NCBI GenBank assembly: GCA_000092065.1
Contig: CP000589.1
DNA from: Ostreococcus lucimarinus
Taxonomy: Eukaryota
Length of the DNA stretch: 64,000 bases
Strand: one strand, 5' to 3'
Below the pieces are notes generated by a model, which worked only from the letters and a program-made list of their open reading frames with translations, was not told where the DNA came from and searched no databases. The position numbers and the translations under genes are program-made. Of this stretch, positions 47,815-57,557 are shown piece after piece (position 1 is the stretch's first letter; each line of letters starts with the position of its first letter).

Positions 47815-48621
47815 ATGGAGATTCACGCTACGTCTCCTGATTTACCGTCGATTATTGACGCCGTTCAGCGTGGATCCATCGACGACGTAGACGACGCACT
47901 GCGGCGCGAGACGAGCCGAATCGACGAGACCCATGAGTCAGAAGACGCGCTCATCTTTGCCGTGCGCGGACGCAATTCAGACATGGTGAATCATCTTCTC
48001 GCACGCGGGGCCAATGTTCGTTTTGCCAACGCGCACGGTGATACGGCGCTTCACCTGGCGTGCTTATTGGGCGAGGTAGACATCGTCAAGGCTTTGCTTT
48101 CTTACGGCGCAGAGTTGGAGCGAAGAGGCGCGAGCGCAAATCGCCCGATCCATCTCGCGTGTTCCGGAGGATTTGAAGACGTCGTGACGACTTTGATACT
48201 TCGTGGGTGCTGTGTAAACGCGACAAACGCTAACGGTGCTTTACCGAGCGCGCTTTCACAGAATTTCAAGCACATCAAAGCCATCGTGCGAGGCGTCGAA
48301 CAGGATGGCGAAAAGGCGAGAGAACAGCTGCGGCGTGATGTCGCCGCTAGACTCGCGAATGAAGCCATCAAGAGGCGCGAACGCGAACGTGAACGCGTCG
48401 AAGCGGAGCAACTTCGCGCGCAGGAAGATGCAGAAAAAGCCGCGGAGGCTAATCGCGAGCGCATCGCGTCGGAGCAGCGTCTTGCAGAGGAACGCGACCA
48501 GCTCGCAACAGAGTTGGTCGCGTTGCGCGAGAAGGAAGCGGAGCGATTGAAGTTGGAGGAAAAGAAGCGGGCTAAGAAAGCAAAAGCGGCGGCAAGTAAG
48601 AAGGGCGCGGTAAAAAAGTAG
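47815..48621 (+). CDS. Ankyrin-repeat protein with a C-terminal K/E-rich coiled coil
   Basis: Four ANK repeats (DALIFAVRGRNSDMVNHLLARGANV; HGDTALHLACLLGEVDIVKALLSYGAEL; NRPIHLACSGGFEDVVTTLILRGCCVN...), then a KE-rich helix. Confidence 0.65.
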   Translation: MEIHATSPDLPSIIDAVQRGSIDDVDDALRRETSRIDETHESEDALIFAVRGRNSDMVNHLLARGANVRFANAHGDTALHLACLLGEVDIVKALLSYGAELERRGASANRPIHLACSGGFEDVVTTLILRGCCVNATNANGALPSALSQNFKHIKAIVRGVEQDGEKAREQLRRDVAARLANEAIKRRERERERVEAEQLRAQEDAEKAAEANRERIASEQRLAEERDQLATELVALREKEAERLKLEEKKRAKKAKAAASKKGAVKK

Positions 48622-48660
48622 CGAGTGAACAAGTAGGACGTAGCGCTAGTGTCGATTTTG

Positions 48661-51144
48661 TTACATCGATGGTAAATTTGATAGCAGAGTGTACGCAAAC
48701 TGCGCCAGTTGCCCCGCCGTTTTCGAGGCGCACACTTTCGATCTCCACAGTTGCCGACAACCGTCCCATTTCTTCGCATCGAGCAATTGCAGATTATACA
48801 CCGCGACTTCGAAGTTCCACAAAACCATGCGAAGCTCCACGAAAGAAGACGTGTGGCATTGTTTCATGAGGCCAACGATGTGCGTCGCGAGCCAATCGAG
48901 TCGTCTCCATCGATGAGACGAAATCTGCAAGAAGTGCAGTATTTCGGCTCTCGTCTGCGCGATCGTCGGGTGATCTTTGACGGCTTCTTCGGTCAAGTGA
49001 GCGTAACCATCAAATAGCACGCACTTTCTCTCTAGATTGTCAATCATGGACTTCTCGTCTCGATTGTCTCTCGGAGGTTTGCCTTCTTCATCTTCGCCGC
49101 GGCGATCGGAGAGAAAGCGATGGAACTCGCGCTGTTTCAGCGTCAACGCCACGAGGGCCGACATCGTGGCTAGTCGCATTCGCGGCGTCAGTTGAAAGTA
49201 ATCGGCTTTCGCTAATAATGAGCTCGCGCGCGATGCGGCGAGTTTGACGTCCATCACGTTGCCCTCGTCGTCAATCAACTCGCGAGCAATCTCCGGCCAC
49301 GCGTGGACGTGAAGTTCGGTTTCGAATCTCGCCACGCGCGTGGGGGCTGCCGTGGGATCCGCTCTTCGACCCTCGACGACTATTTGCTCGATAACCGATA
49401 TCGATGGAGTCACTTGTCCGATGAGTGCGCAGTGAACGTCGCGCAGGAGCGTCCAAGATGCCTTCGAAACCGGGCACATCACCGCGCGCATGAAACGATG
49501 GAACGAAAATAACGGAAGGCGCAACACGTCGGCGTGTTCGGCACAAAACTCCCAGACTTGGAGCGCTTCCTCGACGATACACGACTTCGTATTGTACTTT
49601 TCTTTCACTTCTTCGATCCACGTCGCTAAAGTGTCCTCGTCTCGCGCGTCACTCAAAATTGGACGAGCGTCAGCGCACGATTTCCACCCACCCTCGCCGA
49701 AGATGCGCTCGAGGTCTTCGTCGAGGACATCGACGACGTTGGCTTGATGAGACATCACAAACTCATCGCGCGTTTCTCGAATCATATCATACATCGTGTG
49801 TGTTTTCTTCATCAACGCGCTTATCATTTGCGCGCTTCGGCGGTTTAAATGATCCAATTCATTCATGCACAGATTGCAAAGCGTCGTCTTGCACGCCCAC
49901 ACGTCGGCGATTTTGTAATCGGTCCACGTCTCACCTTCGGCGTCTCTGTCATTTACCATCCGCAATGCAGCTACGTCTGCGGGCTGTCGCGTCAAAAGCT
50001 CGGGAATTATAGACTCGAGCGATGATCGCGGACTTCGCGGCAGCGCACGCGCGGTTCGGCGAGCCAAATCATATCTCATTTGAAAGCTTCGGTTGTACAG
50101 CATCGAGTACGTCGCCTTTGGTTTCAAAAGCTTGTACGTCGCCGTGGACGTTACGAGGTAGAATCCACGAATCTCCGGCACCGTCGCGACGAATGAATAC
50201 TGATACGCGACGATATTACCAACTTCAATCTGTCGACCGCCGTCTTCTTCGTCGTCGTCACCGAGCGGCGCCAACGCGTCGGATCGTACCTCTCGCAATC
50301 GACCTGAGATGCGAATCGTCGCCGCGACGTCTGGATTTTCGAACAAATCTTCGTGAAACTTTATGCAGCGCCGTCGAGCGCGAGTATCACAGCTAGCCGA
50401 CGTAGTCTCGCACTGAACGAGCTCGAAATCGTCCAATAAACGTATGATGCCGCCGTGTGCGCCGTCGCCTAAACGCTCGCACGCTCGCTCGCTGGCGTTG
50501 TACTTTTCCGCAACGTCTACTTCGTCATCGTCTCCGAACCAGCCATCGCGAACGGCGAGCCTGATTCCCTCCGCGCGCTTCTTCGATCCTCTGCTTCTCG
50601 TCGCCCCGACCCTCTTCTCGATCAAACTTTCGACTATTTCCTCGATAGCTCCCCACGCTCTCAAAGTCAACGCGTCGATTTCCATCCGCGCCGTGACGTC
50701 CGCCGCGCATCGAGTCGCCCTCGCACGTTTCGCCTCGCGCACCGCCTCGCGCGCGCTCCGCACCGTATCTTTCACCCTTGTCCAGATCTTTTGATTCATC
50801 GCGTCTTCGTCGCTATCGTCTTTCTTTCCCCGTTTTGTCTTCGTCTTCGTCTTCGTCTTCGTCTTCGCCGTCTCGTCGTCGCGTCTCGTCGCCTCGCGCG
50901 CCAGTGTTATCATCCTCTTCGCGATCGTCTCCGTCATCATCGACCCCGAAGGCGTCGGCGCATCGCAACACATCGTCGTCGTCGTCGAGGGCGACCCTCT
51001 CGCCGCGCCCTCCCCCCGTCGCCCCTTCGCCGCCGTCGTCTCGTCGAAGTCAGCACGCGTCCGAGGCGTCGATTCGTCGTCCGAGTCGTCGTCGAACGCC
51101 ATCGCGCGTCGTAACACCACCCATACGGCGCGTTCGACGTCCAT
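48661..51144 (-). CDS. DDT/WHIM-domain chromatin protein (ISWI-associated BAZ/RLT-like)
   Basis: DDT-like and WHIM segments (CIVEEALQVWEFCAEHADVLRLPLFSFHRFMRAVMCP; TLCNLCMNELDHLNRRSAQMISAL); acidic and basic low-complexity regions including (KT)n. Start taken at MDVERAVWVVL (ATG ~51144). Confidence 0.5.
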   Translation of the reverse strand: MDVERAVWVVLRRAMAFDDDSDDESTPRTRADFDETTAAKGRRGEGAARGSPSTTTTMCCDAPTPSGSMMTETIAKRMITLAREATRRDDETAKTKTKTKTKTKRGKKDDSDEDAMNQKIWTRVKDTVRSAREAVREAKRARATRCAADVTARMEIDALTLRAWGAIEEIVESLIEKRVGATRSRGSKKRAEGIRLAVRDGWFGDDDEVDVAEKYNASERACERLGDGAHGGIIRLLDDFELVQCETTSASCDTRARRRCIKFHEDLFENPDVAATIRISGRLREVRSDALAPLGDDDEEDGGRQIEVGNIVAYQYSFVATVPEIRGFYLVTSTATYKLLKPKATYSMLYNRSFQMRYDLARRTARALPRSPRSSLESIIPELLTRQPADVAALRMVNDRDAEGETWTDYKIADVWACKTTLCNLCMNELDHLNRRSAQMISALMKKTHTMYDMIRETRDEFVMSHQANVVDVLDEDLERIFGEGGWKSCADARPILSDARDEDTLATWIEEVKEKYNTKSCIVEEALQVWEFCAEHADVLRLPLFSFHRFMRAVMCPVSKASWTLLRDVHCALIGQVTPSISVIEQIVVEGRRADPTAAPTRVARFETELHVHAWPEIARELIDDEGNVMDVKLAASRASSLLAKADYFQLTPRMRLATMSALVALTLKQREFHRFLSDRRGEDEEGKPPRDNRDEKSMIDNLERKCVLFDGYAHLTEEAVKDHPTIAQTRAEILHFLQISSHRWRRLDWLATHIVGLMKQCHTSSFVELRMVLWNFEVAVYNLQLLDAKKWDGCRQLWRSKVCASKTAGQLAQFAYTLLSNLPSM
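50836..50866 (+). repeat. (GTCTTC)n hexanucleotide repeat encoding (KT)n in the DDT-domain gene
   Basis: gtcttcgtcttcgtcttcgtcttcgtcttcg seen directly. Confidence 0.9.
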
Positions 51145-51372
51145 GAGTCGGGATGAAATCGAGTCCGCGCGCCGCGCGGATCTCCCGCGCGAACGCCGCG
51201 CCCTCGCGGCGCTCGCCCGCGTCGTCGTCGGCCGTCGAGTGGCGTTTCGTCGTCCCGCGTCGGACTTTTCCCGATCTGGGTTCTTTCTAACTGATTGCCC
51301 ATACGTACGCTTCACGACTCACGAAGACCCCCTCGCGCCGCGGCGGGCGATTGGCGTTGCCGGCGCGTCCGC

Positions 51373-52427
51373 ACACACTCACGCACGTCGACATGTCGGT
51401 TTCCATGCGCATTTCCTCCACGGCCGGGTGCGTGTTCGCGCTCGTTCGTTCCGCGTCCGCGTCCGCGTCCGCGCTCGCGCGTCGCGCGTTCGCGCCCGTC
51501 GCGCGCGGTCGCGCCAGACGGATCGTATCGAGCGTATCTTCGATGCGCTCGAGCGTGCGATCGGGGGCGCGCGCGCGTTCGCCCGGCGCGCGCGCGCGTA
51601 CGCGCTCGGGTCGCGCGTCGATGACGATGCGAACGAATCGAACGCGTCGCATCGCGCTCGACGCGCCGCGTCGTTCGCGGCGTGGACGCCCGATTCCGTC
51701 GACCCTTCGATCGCCGACTGACTGATATCCCTCCTCGCTCTTCGCGCTCGCCAGGCTCAAGACCCGCGTCGCGACGAAGACTCGCGCGTCCCGCGGCCCG
51801 GTGGCGGTGTCCGCGAACGCCGACCGTCCGGTGTGGTACCCGGGTAAGGCGCCGGCGGCGCACCTCGATGGGTCCTTGCCGGGCGACTACGGCTTCGACC
51901 CGCTCTCGCTCTCGGCGGATCCGGAGATGCGCCAGTGGATGGTGCAAGCCGAACTTCAACACGCGCGCTGGGCGATGTTGGGCGTCGCCGGTTGCGTTGC
52001 CCCGGAGCTTTTGACCAAGATCGGTGTCGCGGACTTGCCGAACTGGGTCGACGCCGCCACTTACCAATACTGGGCCCCGGGCGGGACGCTGTTCTTCATT
52101 CAAATGGCCATGTTCAACTGGGCCGAAATTCGCCGCTGGCAAGACATGAAGAACCCGGGCTCGGTCAACACGGATCCGTTGTTCGGCTACAACTCCAACG
52201 ACACCAACACGGACGTTGGCTACCCGAAGGGCTTGTTCGACAAGTTCGGCTGGGCTAAGGATGAGAAGACCACGGCGGAGCTCAAGTTGAAGGAGATCAA
52301 GAACGGGCGCTTGGCGATGCTCGCCTTCCTCGGCATCTGCGCGCAATACGTCCAAACGGGCGTCGGTCCCGTCGAGAACTTGTTCAGCCACATGGGTAAC
52401 CCGGGTCAAGTTGGTGTTTTCATGTAG
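51373..52427 (+). CDS. Chlorophyll a/b-binding light-harvesting protein (LHC family), two exons: 51373..51407 and 51755..52427
   Basis: Exon 2 is a canonical LHC (PVWYPGKAPAAHLDGSLPGDYGFDPLSL...EMRQWMVQAELQHARWAMLGVAG...KEIKNGRLAMLAFLG). The track ORF begins at GTG with an in-frame stop just upstream and no ATG. A 35-nt first exon (ATG 51373, MSVSMRISSTAG) ends at the donor GG|GTGCGTG. The acceptor CAG|G at 51753/51755 restores a Gly codon (phase 2). This gives the transit peptide MSVSMRISSTAG-LKTRVATKTRASRGPVAVSA. Confidence 0.8.
51408..51754 (+). other. LHC intron (347 nt; GTGCGTG donor, ACTGACTG branch region, CAG acceptor)
   Basis: Needed to supply the start codon and transit peptide. 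Shares TCGATCGCCGACTGAC with plastocyanin intron 1. Confidence 0.7.
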
Positions 52428-52585
52428 ATTGGACACTTTGCGCGGGTCTTTTCGGGTCTAAACTACTCTTATAATGAACGTCAGTGAGACTGTAAACGTC
52501 GCTCTTCGCTCGCCTTCGTCAAGTAAGAAACTGCTTGTTTTACATCGTGCCTACATAGAATTACTACCGTTCCCGCGCCGTGGTG

Positions 52586-53365
52586 CTACTCCAACATTTC
52601 GCCGTCATCGTGCAGCTGCTTCCCGATGACGGATGCCCACTCACCCTGAGAGTACGCGAGCTTCACTTCCTCTTCGCTGAGCTCGCGGATCCTCGACATC
52701 GGGCCAGCCGCGCCGCGCCCCGTGGTGGCTGATATTGTCGTCCCTGTGAGTTTTTGAACGAGCGCGCGCGTCTAAAGTCAGTCTTCGAGTGTGCACGAGT
52801 CACGGCGCGACGATGACGCGTGCGTCGACGCTTGAAACTGACGTCGCGTTCGCTTCGCTTCGCTCTGCGTCTTACCGAACACGGTGGCGTTGGGCGCCGT
52901 CTCCAACACCGGTAAAGGCGGCACACCGACCGCAATCATCCCGTGTTGCAAGAAAAACGAGTGAAACGTCATCAAACAGATTTCGTGCCCGCCGTATCCT
53001 TGTCCCGCGCCCCCTACTTCGGTGAACGAGCTCCCTATTTTCCCCTTCAACGCGCACCCGTTTGAGTGAAACGCCGCGAGGCGGTCGAAAAACGCGCTCA
53101 TCTCTGGAGCCATGCGACCGTGTCTCGTCGGTGAACCGAAGATGATGCAATCGCTCTCTAGTATGTCCTCGGGCGTCGCCACGGCGCAGTCCAGAATCCC
53201 TCTGTCGTACGCCGACGCGTCGTCCTCGCCGCGGATCGTGTCTCGCACGCGCAGCACGCGCACGTCCGCCCCCTCCACCGCGCGCGCGCCCTCGGCGATG
53301 ACGTTGGCGAGCGTCACGAGCCTCGCGGACTTGCTGAAGAAGACGACGGACACGCGGAACACCAT
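52586..53365 (-). CDS. WrbA-type flavodoxin-like NAD(P)H:quinone oxidoreductase (FQR1-like), two exons: 52876..53365 and 52586..52743
   Basis: Exon 1 is the track ORF up to ...HGMIAVGVPPLPVLETAPNATVF. A GTAAG donor follows (minus strand). After a 132-nt intron (52744..52875, ACTGAC branch, CACAG acceptor), exon 2 encodes GTTISATTGRGAAGPMSRIRELSEEEVKLAYSQGEWASVIGKQLHDDGEMLE. This is collinear with the E. coli WrbA C-terminus ([33 protein letters not shown]). Phase 1. Confidence 0.75.
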
Positions 53366-53766
53366 GAGGCGCGAGCGCGGCGAACCGACGCGCGCGAGAC
53401 GGCGCGGCGCGAGAGACGCGCCGACCGGTGGCGACAGACGCGGACCACCGGCGCGATTTCGGAGGTCGGCTGTCGCGCGGGACGTGGGGCGGCTAGGGTC
53501 TAGCGTTCATGACGATCTACCGCTTCGCGTCTCTTGAATACGACAAAAGTGCGTGGGACGATTTTTTTATGGGACGACGCGATATTCGCGATATTCGCGC
53601 GGATGGGTGGCGTCGTCGCGCCCGCGACGCGCGCGCGCCACTCGTCGGCCGAAACCGCGGTCGTTCGACGACGGGCGACATGGCGAACGCATACGCGACG
53701 CACGGCGCGTGCCTCCGCGTGTGCCCGAAGTGTCGAGGGTGCGGGACGACGACGCGACCGCCGACG

Positions 53767-54360
53767 ATGGCGGTGACGACGACGTCCAAGATGGCGACGC
53801 GAGGCGCGACGACGACGGTGACTCGCGCGTCGTCCGTTCGCGGAGAATCGGACCACGGTGAGGACATGCGTGAAGTCGTCGCGCGCGATGCTTCCGCGCC
53901 GACGACGCGGCGACGGGCGCTCATCGCCCTCGGCGCGGCGGCGATGAGCTCGAGCGGCGTCGTCGCCGAGCCGGCGAACGCCGAGCTCGGGCCGAACGAT
54001 TGCTTGGAGTGCGGTGGACGAGGCGTGGTGGCGTGTGATATGTGCGGAGGAACGGGTAAATGGAAGGCGCTGAACCGTAAGCGGTCGAAGGATACGTACG
54101 AGTTCACGGAGTGCCCGCAGTGCTTCGGGCGTGGTATTCGAGTGTGTCCGGTGTGCTTCGGCACGGGCGAACGCAACGTAAAGGGTTTATTGCGTAGAAC
54201 CGAAGCGACAGAGCTCGTGAAGGCGATGCAACGCGGTGAACTCCGACCGGGTGACGTGCAAGCGCTCATCGAGGAGGGTAGGTCGATGAACACCGAACGC
54301 GGGGGCTTCGACGCCGCCCCCGCGCCCGCGAAGCCAGCGGCGCAGCGTGAATTTTTATAA
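53767..54360 (+). CDS. Thylakoid-lumen DnaJ-like zinc-finger protein (CxxCxGxG repeats; PSA2/LQY1/BSD2-type)
   Basis: Four CxxCxGxG units ([21 protein letters not shown]...[20 protein letters not shown]). Bipartite targeting: an S/T-rich transit peptide, then a twin-arginine signal ([26 protein letters not shown]). ATG at 53767 (MAVTTTSK). Confidence 0.6.
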   Translation: MAVTTTSKMATRGATTTVTRASSVRGESDHGEDMREVVARDASAPTTRRRALIALGAAAMSSSGVVAEPANAELGPNDCLECGGRGVVACDMCGGTGKWKALNRKRSKDTYEFTECPQCFGRGIRVCPVCFGTGERNVKGLLRRTEATELVKAMQRGELRPGDVQALIEEGRSMNTERGGFDAAPAPAKPAAQREFL

Positions 54361-54514
54361 CGCCGCCGCCGGCACCGCACCGCGCACGGTAGAGATGTGA
54401 TGGTTTACTAGAAAAGGGCGAGTCCACGCGCGCACACGGCACGACCTTTGCTTGATTTTATTGTAGTGATTTGATGAACGCATTTCTAACACAACTACTG
54501 TAAGTCCATCTCGG

Positions 54515-55465
54515 CTACGCAGCGAGTCCTCTCTGCAACTCGTCGATGAACAGACGCTTCACACCTTCGTGGGTCGTTGTTTTCAGTGATTTCGACGCGA
54601 GCTGCAAGAAATCTCGCTTCCTGCGTCGTAACTCCGCGAGCGTGAGCACGCGCGCGCACCGCAACGTGGGCATACCTTCGCCGAAACCGTACACCGAACA
54701 GCAAGATCCGCCGTTGCTCTGTTGAGCCGACATGATGGTTTCGACGACATCTTGCGCGGCTCTATCCATCTCATAGCGCAAATTGGTTCCGCTCAAAGGT
54801 GAATTTTGCGTCGCTTTGTTCGGGACGAGCGTTCTCGCTTGTTTTGTAGTGTTTGACGAGTCTCCTCGTACGTGAGCGCACAACGCGTCGTACAAATCGG
54901 CTTCATGTCCCGGCGCGTCCAGGCCCGGTCGAAATGTAAATAAAGGCGAATCCCAGCGATTGTTCGCGATGGGATGTTCAAACCGAAAACACAAGTCTCG
55001 TAGTATGGTCTCGTCGTACGCAGACTCTCCCGCCTCGTCATTCATTTGCGCCACGCGTTCGTCGCTCGCGTCGACGTACACGACGCAGTATCGCGCCGCC
55101 GCCGCTCGAGCCGCGCACCAGAGCTCGTATCGAAAGCCTTTGATCGCGTTCAACGAATCTAATATCACGCACGGTCCCTGAGCGTGCAGAATTCTATCGC
55201 AAGCACTCCTCAACGCGCCTCTCGTCATCTTTTCCTTCGCCGCGTTCTCATACGCCTCGTTCCTCGCGCCGGCGTTGACGCTCGCCTCGTCCACTATCGT
55301 CACCTCAGCGTTTGCTCCATCGGGCGCGGGCGCGCGCAGGCGTTCGGAAAGCTTCGAAACGACGGATGACTTTCCTGAACACGGTTTACCGCACATCACG
55401 ATCAAGCACGCCGAAGGGCGCGCCGTGGAGGCCTTCGTCTGTGTCAGCTCGCGCGACACGTCCAT
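54515..55465 (-). CDS. KTI12: KTI12 homolog (Elongator-associated P-loop protein)
   Basis: N-terminal P-loop (CLIVMCGKPCSGKSS) and the overall KTI12 layout, with a conserved C-terminal region. Confidence 0.65.
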   Translation of the reverse strand: MDVSRELTQTKASTARPSACLIVMCGKPCSGKSSVVSKLSERLRAPAPDGANAEVTIVDEASVNAGARNEAYENAAKEKMTRGALRSACDRILHAQGPCVILDSLNAIKGFRYELWCAARAAAARYCVVYVDASDERVAQMNDEAGESAYDETILRDLCFRFEHPIANNRWDSPLFTFRPGLDAPGHEADLYDALCAHVRGDSSNTTKQARTLVPNKATQNSPLSGTNLRYEMDRAAQDVVETIMSAQQSNGGSCCSVYGFGEGMPTLRCARVLTLAELRRRKRDFLQLASKSLKTTTHEGVKRLFIDELQRGLAA

Positions 55466-55769
55466 TCGGGTGGCGGCGGTGACGCGCGGGCGCGGTTCAG
55501 ACGACGATGATGCTCGAGGCTCGATGCGACGACGCCGATACTAAATGCGTCGTGCTTTGACAACGCCGCTTCGCGCGCGGCGACGTGTTACGAACACGCG
55601 TCGGTCTGAGGCGTACCCGCGGTGCGGCGACGAGTGGCGCAGCGTCGGCGCGCTCACGGATGTTTTAGAGAGTGCGACGTTTGGACGCGCACATAGCGGC
55701 ACGCATCGACATCACTAGCGTGCACAGTTTTCATCACACGTTCTCTACGTCTACTCTTCAGAGCGACTG

Positions 55770-57386
55770 CTACGCGTACTCGCGCGAAGGATATCGCACG
55801 CGTATGGCCATCGTATCGCCGCCCGGTTCGTTGTCGCATTCTAAAACACCTCCAGCGCGCTGGATGAGACGGCGAGCGATGCGCATGCTGGGAGCGTCTG
55901 TATCCACATACACTGAACCGTTCGCAAGCGATGCGTCCACCTTAACTTCGACGCCGACGCCAGTTTGGACGTCTCGCGCGTATGGTTCTTCCACGGCGAC
56001 GTCTATTACGGCGCCGCGAGGAGCAGCCATAAGCGCGAGGTCGATGATCTGCGCTAGAGCAGAGCGCACGTCTTTCGGACTCGCATAGACAACTGTTTCC
56101 GGATTCTCACTTTCGGGCAGCGTCGCTCGCATCGCCAAGCCGCTGCTTGTCGCGACGACGTCTGATGTCGCGAGAAGCGTTATGACGACCTTGGTGACGT
56201 CGCACATTTCATCGCTCGAGACGACTGTCAACGCGTCGGTCCTCATCGAATTCGACGTCACGCGCGCGCGTGTGCCGTCAGTTAGAAACTTTTCGCTGAC
56301 GTCCGTGCGGCCACCGCTCGCACCGTACAACACGCCTCGTTGCTCGATGGATGAGTTTGGATACAGAGCGCTCTCCAACTTGACGCTGAGCTCGGCGAGC
56401 GCGTCTCCTTGCTGCACTAACGCCTCCGCCATATCACCCGCCGGATCGTCCGGCTTCAAGTAAGTCTTCAGCATGCCCCCGAGCGTTCTCAGCGCGGTTA
56501 GAGGTTGCCGACTCTCGTATAAATATCCACCGACGGTTTGATCGGCGCGGTACGCGGCGGCGACGGCGACGACATTGTTCCTATGAATCGCCCATGCGTC
56601 TACGAAGGCGCTCGCGGAGACTTCGAGAGACTTACGCTGTTTCTTCGTAAACGCCACCGAGGCGTCGCCCACGGCGTCTCGTCCCATGCGTTCGACGACG
56701 ATGAGCCCGATGAGAGACTCCTCGTACGCCAAGCACGCCACGACGGCGTTCGCTGACGGCAAATCGAAAGTTTTCTGAGACGCCAACGTGTCTTCGGGTG
56801 CGTCCCAATCAATCGCGCTCGCGCCGTCTTCGTCGTCGTCGACGTTTTCACTAATATCCGTGTCGAATCCCCCCTCGTCCCAATCTCCCGTGAAGCTGAG
56901 AGTTGATTTTTTATTCGTCGACGCCGTTGACGCCCCTCGCCGCGGCCAGGCGGCGACGCGCGTCAACCGCATGCTCGTCGTCCCACCGGACCCACGCAAA
57001 TAAATCATACATTTCGCGTCATCGCCATCGTCGTCGTTGGACATCATTCTCGCCACCAGTTCCGCGTGCGTGTGCGCGAATCGCGCGAAGAGGTCGACTT
57101 CGCTCTCGCGCGCCGCCGTCAAAGTCGTCGCCTGTGATCCCCCGTCTGATCTCGAAAGCGCCAGCGCGTTCGAAGGTGCGGTCGCGTTCGCACCCGTGGG
57201 CGTCCACTGCGCCTCCTCGTCGTCCGACGCCACGGCGTGAGGCGGGCGTCGTCCTCGTCCTCGCCCTCTCTTCGCCTGGGCACCGCCGCGCGCGCCGCGT
57301 GCGCGACGACGCGCGCCGCGCGACGGCGACGACGACGGCGGCATCGCGCGCGCCGTCGTCGATGCCGCGGACGAAGCCATCGCCAT
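55770..57386 (-). CDS. Hypothetical organelle-targeted protein with a GAF-like region and a C-terminal histidine-kinase-like ATPase-type segment (possible chloroplast sensor kinase-like)
   Basis: Central region (VVACLAYEESLIGLIVVERMG...) and a C-terminal N-box-like segment (VRSALAQIIDLALMAAPRGAVIDVAVEE...GVGVEVKVD). The identification is weak. Start at MAMASSAAS (ATG ~57386). Confidence 0.35.
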   Translation of the reverse strand: MAMASSAASTTARAMPPSSSPSRGARRRARGARGGAQAKRGRGRGRRPPHAVASDDEEAQWTPTGANATAPSNALALSRSDGGSQATTLTAARESEVDLFARFAHTHAELVARMMSNDDDGDDAKCMIYLRGSGGTTSMRLTRVAAWPRRGASTASTNKKSTLSFTGDWDEGGFDTDISENVDDDEDGASAIDWDAPEDTLASQKTFDLPSANAVVACLAYEESLIGLIVVERMGRDAVGDASVAFTKKQRKSLEVSASAFVDAWAIHRNNVVAVAAAYRADQTVGGYLYESRQPLTALRTLGGMLKTYLKPDDPAGDMAEALVQQGDALAELSVKLESALYPNSSIEQRGVLYGASGGRTDVSEKFLTDGTRARVTSNSMRTDALTVVSSDEMCDVTKVVITLLATSDVVATSSGLAMRATLPESENPETVVYASPKDVRSALAQIIDLALMAAPRGAVIDVAVEEPYARDVQTGVGVEVKVDASLANGSVYVDTDAPSMRIARRLIQRAGGVLECDNEPGGDTMAIRVRYPSREYA

Positions 57387-57557
57387 CGCCCGTCGCGCGT
57401 TCGCCGCGTCCGAGCGCGCGCGAGTGCGACGACGACGCGCGCGCGCGTCGACCCTCCACCCTCGTCGCGCCGCGGCGACGGGGGTGCGCGTCGAGGCTTT
57501 CGTGTCCTCATTCGTCGTCGCGCGCGCACCGTCGACGGTGCGATACGGACCGCCGAC

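Noticed and set aside
52441-52500. TGTAA and AATAAA motifs downstream of the LHC and plastocyanin stops as poly(A) signals
   Set aside because: TGTAA is the known Chlamydomonas signal and occurs at 52491 after LHC. But such short motifs occur by chance in these AT-richer 3' regions, and I cannot establish usage without transcript ends.
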